This document shows positions 44,319 through 53,409 of a stretch of DNA of 64,000 bases, one piece after another. Position 1 is the stretch's first letter. Every line of letters begins with the position of its first letter. Made by a program: the position numbers and the translations under genes. Under the pieces are notes generated by a model. That model saw only the letters and a list, made by a program, of their open reading frames with translations, was not told the origin of the DNA and did no database searches. This DNA is from an uncultured Candidatus Rokubacteria bacterium (GTDB lineage Bacteria > Methylomirabilota > Methylomirabilia > Rokubacteriales > CSP1-6), in NCBI GenBank assembly GCA_963762145.1, contig CAVXJS010000007.1, positions 32,001-96,000 of the forward strand. Reading direction: 5' to 3'.

Positions 44319-44457
44319 ATGGAGCCTCGCGAGCGGAGGCAGGACGACGAAGCGCCCGAGCATGGACGAGCGCCTCGAGGATATGGTCCCGGAGGACGGG
44401 CCTCTCGATCCGGATGACGACGACACGCTCGGCCGCCCGGTACAGCTTCAACCCTAG
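44319..44457 (+). CDS. Possible small acidic protein; one indel
   Basis: AAAGG RBS then ATG; ends ...MDERLEDMVPEDGPLDPDDDDTLGRPVQLQP*. Confidence 0.35.
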
Positions 44458-44520
44458 CGGCGTCGCGTGATCGGCGGCCGACCTGGCCCGGATGTTCGGG
44501 GCAGGTCGGCCGCTGCTGCT

Positions 44521-46682
44521 CTACGCCGGGATCCCTGGGCCGCTTCTCGCGAGCCCAGTCGCGGTGTCGGGCGATCGCCTTCAGGAAGGCCGGCACCGAC
44601 GAGATCGCATCCTCGATGCCGGCGGCCTTCAGCATGGCCAGCCCGGTGCCGGCTCCGCCCACCGCCTTGCAGTGCTTGTAGGCCTCCCTGACGAAGAGCA
44701 CCGCGGCCGCCTCGGCCCGAGCGCCTCCGCGCTGCTCGTCGCCGCCCGGCGACGAACACCGCGTCGAAGAGGACCGAGCCCACGGTGAGCAGGCTGAAGT
44801 CGACCGGCACCTCGCCGCCGCGCGCGCCCTCAGGTCGCCGCCGCTGCGGCGCGACGACCTTCGACCTGCGCGCCCGCCGCCGTCAGCGCCGCTGCATGCG
44901 CGGCGACCGCGGCGGCGTCGACGCCGTCGGCGGCGAGGATGGCCACCTTGCGCGTCTTGCCGTGTCCTTGACCGTGTCGGCCATGCTGAGCGCGGCGACG
45001 CGTCGACCGTCTGCTTGGCACGGCTGCGGCTGAAACTCCTTCGGGTCGCCGTCGGCGGGCACGCTGAGGTTCAGCGGCCCGTCCGGCCTTCGCCGGCACG
45101 GCGATCCCGAGGCCCTCCGCGACCTGCGTCGGCCAGGCCGCGTCGACCTGCGCGAGCATGCCCACCATCCGCTCGCGGATCGGCGGCGCCTCGACCTTGC
45201 CGAGCTCGAAGCGCAGCGCCTGGACGATGTGCTGCTGCTCGTGCTCGGACTGGCTGTTGAAGAACAGCGTCGCCTGGCTGAAGTGATCGAAGAAGCTTCT
45301 CGCCGCGCGCGCGCACCTTCTGCCCCGTCGACAGCGCTCGGGTAGCGTGACGAAGCCGCCCTGCGCCGCGGCCCGCCTGCATCGGACAGCCGCCGCCGAG
45401 CGTGTTCGGGTTCGTAGCTGGCCTGGCCGTGGTTGATCGTCTGCCGCATGAAGCCGTCGCGCTGGTTGTTGTGCACCGGCGCCACCGGCCGGTTGATCGG
45501 GATCTCGTGGAAGTTCGGGCCGCCGAGGCGAATGAGCTGCGTGTCGAGTGTACGAGAACAGCCGGCCCTGCAGCAGCGGATCGTTGGTGAAGTCGATGCC
45601 GGGCACGATGTGCCCGGGATGGAAGGCGACCTGCTCGGTCTCGGCGAAGAAGTTGTCCGGGTTGCGGTTCAGCGTCAGCCGGCCGACGCGCTGCACCGGC
45701 ACGAGCTCCTCGGGAATGATCTTCGTCGGGTCGAGCAGGTCGAAGTCGAACTTGTGCTCGTCCTTCTCCTCGACGATCTGCAGGCCGAGCTCCCACTCGG
45801 GAAAGCGCCCGCTCTCGATCGCCTCCCACAGATCGCGGCGATGGAAGTCCGGATCCTTGCCCGAGATCTTCAGCGCCTCGTCCCACAGCACCGAGTGGAC
45901 GCCGAGCAGCGGCTTCCAGTGGAACTTCACGAAGCGCGACTGTCCCCTTGTCGTTGACGAGCCGGAACGTGTGGACGCCGAAGCCCTCCATCATCCGGAA
46001 GCTGCGCGGGATGGCGCGGTCGGACATCACCCACATGATCATGTGCATCGATTCGGGCATCAGCGAGATGAAGTCCCAGAACGTGTCGTGCGCGGAGGCC
46101 GCCTGCGGGATCTCGTTGTGCGGCTCCGGCTTCACCGCGTGGATCAGGTCCGGGAACTTGACCGCGTCCTGGATGAAGAACACCGGGATGTTGTTGCCGA
46201 CGAGGTCGAAGTTGCCCTCCTCGGTGTAGAACTTCACCGCGAAGCCGCGCACGTCGCGCGCGAGGTCGGTCGAGCCGCGCGAGCCCGCCACCGTCGAGAA
46301 GCGCACGAACACCGGCGTCTTCCGCGCGGGGTCCTGCAGGAACGCCGCCCGCGTGTAGCGCCGCCAGCGACTCGTAGACCTGGAAGTACGCCGTGCGCCG
46401 CCGCACCCGCGCGCATGCACGACGCGCTCGGGGATGCGCTCGTGATCGAAGTGGGTGATCTTCTCGCGGAGGATGGAAGTCCTCGAGGAGCGACGGGCCG
46501 CGGTCGCCCGCCTTGAGCGAGTTCTGGTCGTCGTTGATCCGCAGGCCCTGGTCGGTGGTCAGGAACTGCTCGTCCGGGACCTCCCGGTGCTGCTCGAGCT
46601 GTTGCTGCTTGGGGTCGGCGATTCCGGTCTCGCGGCGGGCACGCGGCGTGGGCGCAGTCGTCTTCCGTTTCTTGTTTGTCAT
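44521..46682 (-). CDS. katE: Large-subunit catalase HPII; multiple frameshifts
   Basis: [41 protein letters not shown]-terminal DJ-1-like KVAILAADG and EAYKHCK. Confidence 0.95.
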
Positions 46683-46697
46683 GGCGAATACACTTCA

Positions 46698-46713
46698 AGC
46701 AATCGAGGGGCCA
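46698..46713 (-). promoter_or_regulatory. Putative sigma54 promoter of katE
   Basis: TGGCCC-CTCGA-TTGCT. Confidence 0.62.
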
Positions 46714-46789
46714 CGAGCGGACCCGCGGAATCGCTTGGGGAAGCGCGGTCGACGGGAAGGGGTTACGCGGTAAGAAGGGCCGGACGGGG

Positions 46790-49129
46790 TCAGTCGTGCT
46801 GCATGTCGGGCTGCCCCTGGGCGACTCGCGGGGGCTTCCCGGCGCGCGACTCTGCGATGCCGGCGAGGACCGCGATCAGCTCCTCGGGGTCTACCGGCTT
46901 CTCCACGAAGACGTTGAAGCCCGCCGCCTGCGCGCGGGCCCGGTCCTGGACCCGCACGTAGGCGGTGAGGGCCACCGCGGGGGTTTCTCGCCCGCTCGCC
47001 CGCTCGAGCGCGCGGAGATTGCGGATCAGCGAGTAGCCGTCCTCGTCGGGCATCGCCAGGTCGGAGACGAGCACATCCGGCCGGATCCAGCGCAGCAGGG
47101 CCAGCGCCTCCGTCGCGGAGGCGGCGGTGCGCACCGCCGCGCCCGCCTCGGTCAGCACGACCGTCAGCATCTCGAGCGCGTCGGGGTCGTCGTCCACCAC
47201 CAGGATCTGCGCTCCCTGCAGGGCCGGCCGGTTGCCGTTGCCGGGGGCGGGACCGGTCCGCGTCTCCGCGATCTTCTCGGCCAGGGGCAGCCGCACGATG
47301 AACGAGGCGCCGTACCCCTCGCCGGCGCTCTCCGCCCGCACGGTGCCCTCGTGCAGCTCGACGAGGGTGCGCACGATGGCGAGCCCCAGGCCCAGCCCTC
47401 CGTGGCGCCGCGTGATGGTGGCGTCGCCCTGGCGGAAGCGGTCGAAGATGAAGGGCAGGAACTCGGCCGCCACGCCCTCGCCGGTATCCGTCACCGTGAT
47501 CTGGGCCTGGCCGTCCACCCGCTCGAGCCGTACCTCGACCCGGCCCCCGGCGGCGGTGAACTTCACGCCGTTGGCGAGCAGGTTCCAGACCACCTGCTGC
47601 AGGCGGCTGGCGTCGCCCTGGGTGTGGCGCGCCGCGGGATCGAGGATCACCGCGAGCTGGATGCCCTTCGCCTCGGCGCCGGCACGCACCGAGTCGGCCG
47701 CGGCATTGATCACGGTGGACAGGTCCACCGGGCCGCGGTTGAGGCGGAGACTCCCGGTGATCACGCGCGAGGCATCGAGGATGTCCTCGATGAGCTGGGC
47801 CTGGGTCTGGGCGTTTCGCTCGATCACCTCCACGCCCCGGGCCACCGTGGTCTCGTCCGGCTTGCCCCAGCGAAGGATGTGCGACCAGCCCAGGATCGCG
47901 TTCAGCGGGGTCCGCAGCTCGTGCGAGACGGTGGCCAGAAACTCGTCCTTCATCCGGTTGGCGGTCTCGGCTTCCGCGCGGGCGGAGTGCTCGCGGGTCA
48001 GCGACCTCCGTCGGTCCTCCAATTCTTCCTGAAGCCGCTGGCGCAGCCGGGCGTTCTCGATCGAGTCGGTCGCGATCCGCGCGTAGAGATCCATGAGGCG
48101 CGTCTCGCGGTCGGACGGCCGATGAGGCTCCGCGAACAACACGGACAGCACGCCGATCGTGTCCCCGCGCCGGCTGATCAGGGGCGTGCTGTGGCAGGCG
48201 CGGAAGCCCGCCCGGCGGGCCGCCTCGCGATACGGCGCGAAGATGGGATCCACCTCGGTATCCTCGACCACGACGCGCCGCCGCTCCGCGTACGCGGTGC
48301 CGCAGGCGCCGCCTCCCGGGGGCACCTCCTCGACGTGCCGGAGGAACTCGTCGTCGAGCCCGGCGTGCACCCCGAGGCGCAGGCCGGGTTGCTCCGCATC
48401 GCAAAGGGAGAGCAGGCCGAGACCGGTGGCCTGCACCGCCATGGCCGCCCGCAGGACCTCGCGCAGCACCGATTCCACGTCGAGCAGGCTGGTCAGGCGC
48501 AGGCTCGTCTCGTGGAGCCGGCGGAGATCCTCGATCTGGGTCTCGAGCTCGCCCAGTCGCCCGCGGGCTGTCCCATCGGGCACGCCGTCCCCGGCGGGAA
48601 TGACGCGCGAGTGGCGGGCGCAGACCTCCGCGATCGGCCCGGCCAGCCCCCGCTCATCGACCTCCGCGAGGGAATAGCCGCAGAAGAGCCGGAACTCGAG
48701 CGTCCGTCGCAGCTCGTTCCACAGATCCTCGAGGCCCACGGTGGCGGAGACTTGTCCGCGCGCGAGGAGCCGGCCGACCATGTCGCCGAACACGCGCAGC
48801 CCGCGGCCGCCGCGCGCGGCGCGCGTCAGCTCGCCGCCGATCACCTCGGCGAAGCGCGCGCGATCGGGCGTGCCGTCCACCATGATCCGCCCGAGGGTCT
48901 CGTCGGCGTCGAGGGGCACGTACGTGCCGGCGGCGCGCGCGGCGTCCACCGCGATGCCCGTCGCGCGCAGGCGCCGCTCGAGCTCGCCCCGATGCTCCGG
49001 GGTGGCCACGACGATGCACGCGTCGCCCGCGGTCAGGCCCGAGGCGATGAAGCTCGTCAGGGAGTCCGAGAGGGCGGGATCCGTCTCGTAGAATTGTACA
49101 GAGTGCTCGTACAGCTCCCGTTCGGGCAT
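46790..49129 (-). CDS. Hybrid sensor kinase MEDS-GAF-HisKA-HATPase-REC
   Basis: HSVQFYE...LEDLWN (MEDS), GGGACGTA (GAF), SHELRTPL, NLLANGVKFT, GGLGLGL, LVVDDD...DLAMP. Confidence 0.93.
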   Translation of the reverse strand: MPERELYEHSVQFYETDPALSDSLTSFIASGLTAGDACIVVATPEHRGELERRLRATGIAVDAARAAGTYVPLDADETLGRIMVDGTPDRARFAEVIGGELTRAARGGRGLRVFGDMVGRLLARGQVSATVGLEDLWNELRRTLEFRLFCGYSLAEVDERGLAGPIAEVCARHSRVIPAGDGVPDGTARGRLGELETQIEDLRRLHETSLRLTSLLDVESVLREVLRAAMAVQATGLGLLSLCDAEQPGLRLGVHAGLDDEFLRHVEEVPPGGGACGTAYAERRRVVVEDTEVDPIFAPYREAARRAGFRACHSTPLISRRGDTIGVLSVLFAEPHRPSDRETRLMDLYARIATDSIENARLRQRLQEELEDRRRSLTREHSARAEAETANRMKDEFLATVSHELRTPLNAILGWSHILRWGKPDETTVARGVEVIERNAQTQAQLIEDILDASRVITGSLRLNRGPVDLSTVINAAADSVRAGAEAKGIQLAVILDPAARHTQGDASRLQQVVWNLLANGVKFTAAGGRVEVRLERVDGQAQITVTDTGEGVAAEFLPFIFDRFRQGDATITRRHGGLGLGLAIVRTLVELHEGTVRAESAGEGYGASFIVRLPLAEKIAETRTGPAPGNGNRPALQGAQILVVDDDPDALEMLTVVLTEAGAAVRTAASATEALALLRWIRPDVLVSDLAMPDEDGYSLIRNLRALERASGRETPAVALTAYVRVQDRARAQAAGFNVFVEKPVDPEELIAVLAGIAESRAGKPPRVAQGQPDMQHD

Positions 49130-49143
49130 GGCCGGTTCTGTGG

Positions 49144-49159
49144 AGCAACCGACGTGCCA
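49144..49159 (-). promoter_or_regulatory. Putative sigma54 promoter of the MEDS kinase
   Basis: TGGCAC-GTCGG-TTGCT, a full consensus match. Confidence 0.7.
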
Positions 49160-49265
49160 CGGCGATCGGCGGGAAATATCCGTGCAATCGAACGCGTAAA
49201 GCGACGAAAGTCCAGGTCCACGCTGCGGGCCCGGGAAGTTTATTCCCGGGCGGTTTTACCCGCTG

Positions 49266-50141
49266 TCAATGGGCCGCCGGTGCGACCCGTGCGCCGCCCG
49301 GGGCCACGATGACCGCGAGCCCGGACAGGACGAGCCCCATGCCCGCGAGACGGAGCGGACCGAAACGCTCGCCGAACGCGAGCGAGGACGCGTAGGCCGC
49401 GACGAACGGGATCAGGAGCGCGAACGGGGTGACGATGGCGGCGGGGTAGTGCCGCAGCAGCGCGCCCCAGATCGCGTAGCCGAGGACGGTGGCGATCACC
49501 GCGATGTACAGCACCGCGGCGCGCCCGAGCCACGAGCTGGCCACGAGCGCGGTCCCGAGCGCGGACGGGCCGTCGACGGCGACGGACAGCGCCAGCGCCG
49601 GCAGCGGCGGGATCACGCTCAGCCAGACCATGAGGGGCAGCATCTCCACCGGCGGGAGCCGCTTGACGAGCACGTTGCCGACGCCCCAGCTCACCGCGGA
49701 CAGGCCGCACAGGATGAGGCCCGCCGCGGTCAGATCGCGGCCGACGGTGAGTCCGATCAGGGCGAGGCCCGCGAACGCCACCAAGGCCCCGGTCCACTCG
49801 CGGCGGGTCGGGCGCTCGCCCAGGGCCAGCGCGGCCAAGAGGATGGTGAAGAGCGCCTGGGTCTGGACCACCACCGCGGCCAGTCCGGGCGGCGTGCCCA
49901 GCGCGATGCCGGAGAATTGCAGGAGGAACTGGCCGAGGAACAGGGTGAGGCCGACCGGAACGAGGGTCCGCCAGGGCACGCGCGGGCGCGCGAGCACTAG
50001 CGCGGGCGCGGCCGCGATGAGGAAGCGCAGCGCGGTGAGCTGAGACGGAGAGAAATCGTCGAGCGCCCACCGGGTGGCGACGAACGTGAAACCCCAGATG
50101 AGGACCACCGCGAGCACGAGCGCCGTATGCGCGAGAGTCAT
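49266..50141 (-). CDS. EamA/DMT family transporter
   Basis: IWGFTFVA, LRF, LGERP, LLIPF; about 10 TM segments. Confidence 0.9.
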   Translation of the reverse strand: MTLAHTALVLAVVLIWGFTFVATRWALDDFSPSQLTALRFLIAAAPALVLARPRVPWRTLVPVGLTLFLGQFLLQFSGIALGTPPGLAAVVVQTQALFTILLAALALGERPTRREWTGALVAFAGLALIGLTVGRDLTAAGLILCGLSAVSWGVGNVLVKRLPPVEMLPLMVWLSVIPPLPALALSVAVDGPSALGTALVASSWLGRAAVLYIAVIATVLGYAIWGALLRHYPAAIVTPFALLIPFVAAYASSLAFGERFGPLRLAGMGLVLSGLAVIVAPGGARVAPAAH

Positions 50142-50251
50142 GACGCCCGACCATAGCATCCATGCCATCGGGGAGGTCGTCCGATGGACAAGGCCCGCCC
50201 GGCGACGTAGACTCCGGGCGGTCATCATCCCCGTTCCGGGAGGCGTCGCCC

Positions 50252-51628
50252 ATGGCAGAGAGTCTCAAGATCGATCACGCGCGGTACATCCTGACCGTCG
50301 ATCGCCAGCGCCGCATCATCCAGGACGGCGCCATCCTGGTGGAGGGCGGCCGCATCACCCGGGTCGGAAAGGCGGCCGAGCTGGCCGACGCGCGGGCGGC
50401 CCGCGTCATCGACGGTCGCCATCTCGTGATCACCCCCGGCTTCTTCAACGGGCACATGCACATCAGCTACGCGCATCCGGTGCGCGGCATCTTTCCCGAC
50501 GAGCAGGCGAGCCCGCTGCTCCACGTCTTCAATCTGCAGTCGGCGATGACCGAGGACGAGGAGTACCACGCCACGCTGCTCGGCCTGGTCGAGCTGGTCC
50601 GCAACGGAACGGTGTGCTTCCTCGACCCGGGGAGCACGCAGTTCCCCGACGCGTGCCTGCAGGCCTACGAGGACGCGGGGATCCGCGTGGTGCTGGGCGA
50701 GGCGGTCACCGATCAGGAGGCGCCGTGGAAGCTCCCGCGCTATCCGGCCCCGGAGGCGGTGGCCCGCACCACGTCGTTCATCGAGAAGTGGAACGGTCGG
50801 CTCGACGGGCGGATCCGGGCGTGGGCGATGCCGTTCTCGTACGAGACGTGCAGCGCGGGCCTCCTGCAGTCACTCAAGCGGGTGGTGGACGAGCGGGGGA
50901 CCGGACTCACCCTCCACCACAACAGCGGGACCAAGGCGCGCGAGGACGCGGCGGCCCGCTACGGGCACAGCCCGACCGCCTACCTCCAGTCCATCGGGGT
51001 GCTGGGGCCGAACGTGCTGCTGGCGCACTGCCTGGGACTCGACGAGGCCGAGATCGACGTGATCGCGCAGACCGGCACCGCGATCGCGATGTGTCCGGTC
51101 ACCGCGGCCAAGGGCGGCCGCGGGGTGCCACAGCATGGTCGCATGCCCGAGTTCCTCGCCCGCGGCGTGAAGGTCGCGCTCGGCTGCGACTCGCCCAACA
51201 ACTCGAACCACCTCGACATGGTGCGCACCATGAACATGGCCGCGATCCAGTACAAGGACGCGCGCCAGGACACGCGCCAGGTTCCCGCCGAGACCGCGCT
51301 CGAGATGGCCACGATCCTGGGCGCGGAGGCGATGGGGTGGGGCGACGAGCTGGGCTCGATCGAGGTCGGCAAGAAGGCCGACCTCGTCTGCTTCGATATC
51401 CTGCGCCCCGAGTGGCAGGCGCTCTGGAACCCGGTCAACAATCTGGTCTACAACGCGGACGGCCGCAGCGTCCACACGGTGGTGATCGACGGACGCGTGG
51501 TGGTGGACGCCTACCGGCAGCGCTTCGTGGACGAGCCGCGCCTCTTCGCGCGCGTGCAGGAGATCGGGGAGCGGCTCCAGGCCCGCACCGGCGTCTCGTT
51601 CCCGCGCTCGCGCTGGCCGATGAGCTGA
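50252..51628 (+). CDS. Amidohydrolase (ATZ/TRZ, MTA/SAH deaminase-like)
   Basis: PGFFNGHMH, LLAHC, ALGCD, ATILGA, GSIEVGKKADL. Confidence 0.9.
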   Translation: MAESLKIDHARYILTVDRQRRIIQDGAILVEGGRITRVGKAAELADARAARVIDGRHLVITPGFFNGHMHISYAHPVRGIFPDEQASPLLHVFNLQSAMTEDEEYHATLLGLVELVRNGTVCFLDPGSTQFPDACLQAYEDAGIRVVLGEAVTDQEAPWKLPRYPAPEAVARTTSFIEKWNGRLDGRIRAWAMPFSYETCSAGLLQSLKRVVDERGTGLTLHHNSGTKAREDAAARYGHSPTAYLQSIGVLGPNVLLAHCLGLDEAEIDVIAQTGTAIAMCPVTAAKGGRGVPQHGRMPEFLARGVKVALGCDSPNNSNHLDMVRTMNMAAIQYKDARQDTRQVPAETALEMATILGAEAMGWGDELGSIEVGKKADLVCFDILRPEWQALWNPVNNLVYNADGRSVHTVVIDGRVVVDAYRQRFVDEPRLFARVQEIGERLQARTGVSFPRSRWPMS

Positions 51629-51650
51629 GACCTCCGGAGGAGATGACGGG

Positions 51651-52106
51651 ATGGGCAGGCGACGGCAGAAGGACGGGAGCGGGTGGCTGGAGCGTTCGGC
51701 GCGGGCGGTCACGGTCTGGACGGGCAGCTCGCAGGCCTTCGGCGCCGCGGTCGGCGTCGTCATCGTCTGGGCCCTGCTGGGGCCGGTGTTCCACTTCTCG
51801 GACACCTGGCAGCTCGTCATCAATACCGGCACCACCATCGTCACCTTTCTCATGGTGTTCCTGATCCAGCGCGCCCAGAACAAGGACTCGCTCGCGATCC
51901 ATCTCAAGCTGAACGAGATCGTGGCGGTGCTGCAGGGCGCGAGCAACCGACTGATCAACGTCGAGGACCTCAACGAGCAGGAGGTGGCGACCCTGCACCG
52001 GCACTACCAGACGCTCGCCCAGATCGCCAAGCGGGATACCACGCTCACCGAGTCGCATTCCGTGGAGGAGGCCGAGACGCGCGCCGCCCGCAAACGCCCC
52101 CGCTGA
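51651..52106 (+). CDS. Low-affinity iron permease (Fet4-like) family protein
   Basis: FSDTWQLVINTGTTIVTFLMVFLIQRAQNKD...LKLNE. Confidence 0.9.
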   Translation: MGRRRQKDGSGWLERSARAVTVWTGSSQAFGAAVGVVIVWALLGPVFHFSDTWQLVINTGTTIVTFLMVFLIQRAQNKDSLAIHLKLNEIVAVLQGASNRLINVEDLNEQEVATLHRHYQTLAQIAKRDTTLTESHSVEEAETRAARKRPR

Positions 52107-52190
52107 CCGTTGGCGCGCGCGCACTGACACTTCCTTGTAGTTTCATCTCCCGCCGTCCTCGTAAGTCCCTGATTTGTGTGGCCAGACCCC

Positions 52191-52206
52191 TGGTGCACTT
52201 CTTGCA
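52191..52206 (+). promoter_or_regulatory. Putative sigma54 promoter of the receiver/PAS operon
   Basis: TGGTGC-ACTTC-TTGCA in an AT-enriched intergenic stretch. Confidence 0.6.
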
Positions 52207-52266
52207 CAAAAATGCCGCGCCGAGGCGCGTGAGCCCGGCCATTTCCGGTCCGAGAGGAGGCAGCCC

Positions 52267-52641
52267 GTGTCCGAGCCGCGCATTCTGGTGGTCGAGGATG
52301 AGACGAACGTCCGGGAGCTGGAGGCGGAGATCCTGCGCGAGGAGTGGGAGCACGTGGACACTGCGGTGGACGGCACGGACGCGCTGCGGCTCCTGGCCGA
52401 GAACGTCTACTCCGCGATCGTGAGCGATCTCGCGATGCCGAAGATGGACGGGCGCGGGCTCTTCCACGAGGTGGAGCGCCGTTACCCCGCCTCGCAGAGA
52501 CGGCTCGTGTTCGTCACCGGCTACGCGGAGGCCGAGGAGTACGACGAGTTCCTCCGCCAGAGCGGCGTGCCGGTGCTCGCCAAGCCCTTCACCATCGCCG
52601 ATCTGGTCGGCGCGGTGCAGCGGGCGTTCTCGCCGGCCTGA
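52267..52641 (+). CDS. Single-domain response regulator (REC)
   Basis: ILVVEDE, DLAMPKMDG, VTG, KPF; AGGAGG RBS. Confidence 0.9.
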   Translation: MSEPRILVVEDETNVRELEAEILREEWEHVDTAVDGTDALRLLAENVYSAIVSDLAMPKMDGRGLFHEVERRYPASQRRLVFVTGYAEAEEYDEFLRQSGVPVLAKPFTIADLVGAVQRAFSPA

Positions 52642-52654
52642 ACGGACGAGCCCG

Positions 52655-53323
52655 GTGCCCGACGTCGAGCCGTCCCCGCAGCGCTATCGCGAGCTCGTGG
52701 AGCAGAGCGGCGGCCTGATCTGCATCCACGATCTGGCCGGCGTCCTGCTCTCGGTGAATCGCGCGGCGGCCGAGCGCCTCGGCTACACCCCGCGCGAGCT
52801 GATCGGGCGCAGCCTGGGCGACCTGCTCGCCCCGGCCGTCCAGCACCTCTTCCCCGAGTACCTCTCCCGCATCCGGCGCGCCACCACCGACGAGGGGCTC
52901 ATGCTCGTGGTGACGCGCGGCGGGGACGAGCGGATCTGGACGTACAGCAACGTGCGCAGCCGGGAGCCCGGCGGGCCGGAATACGTGCTCGGCCACGCCC
53001 ACGACATCACCGACATCAAGCGGTCCGACGCGCGGGCCGGCCAGGCGGAGGCCCTGCGCTCCGTCGGCCAGCTCGCGCTCGCGACCGCCCACGAGATCAA
53101 CAACCCGCTCACCGTCATCATGGCGAGCCTGCAGCTCATGATGGCGCGGGGGCAGGTGCCGGGCCCGGCGACCGCGTACGTCCAGCGCGCGATCAAGTCG
53201 GCCGAGCAGATCCGCGACACCGTCCGGAACATGTCCCGCATCACCCGGCTCGAGCTGTCCCGCCAGTCCCCCCAGCTTCCCCCCGTCCTCGACCTCTCCA
53301 AGTCCAGCGCCCCGCGGGACTGA
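52655..53323 (+). CDS. PAS plus HisKA protein without an HATPase domain
   Basis: PAS (VNRAAAERLGY...DITD), H-box AHEINNPL, stop after LDLSKSS. Confidence 0.85.
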   Translation: MPDVEPSPQRYRELVEQSGGLICIHDLAGVLLSVNRAAAERLGYTPRELIGRSLGDLLAPAVQHLFPEYLSRIRRATTDEGLMLVVTRGGDERIWTYSNVRSREPGGPEYVLGHAHDITDIKRSDARAGQAEALRSVGQLALATAHEINNPLTVIMASLQLMMARGQVPGPATAYVQRAIKSAEQIRDTVRNMSRITRLELSRQSPQLPPVLDLSKSSAPRD

Positions 53324-53409
53324 CCGCCGCCCGCGGGGCTTGCCGTCGCACCCCCTCCCGGGCTAAGGTTTGCCCGCGAGCAAACGGCATCGGTCCCCCC
53401 AACCGAGGA

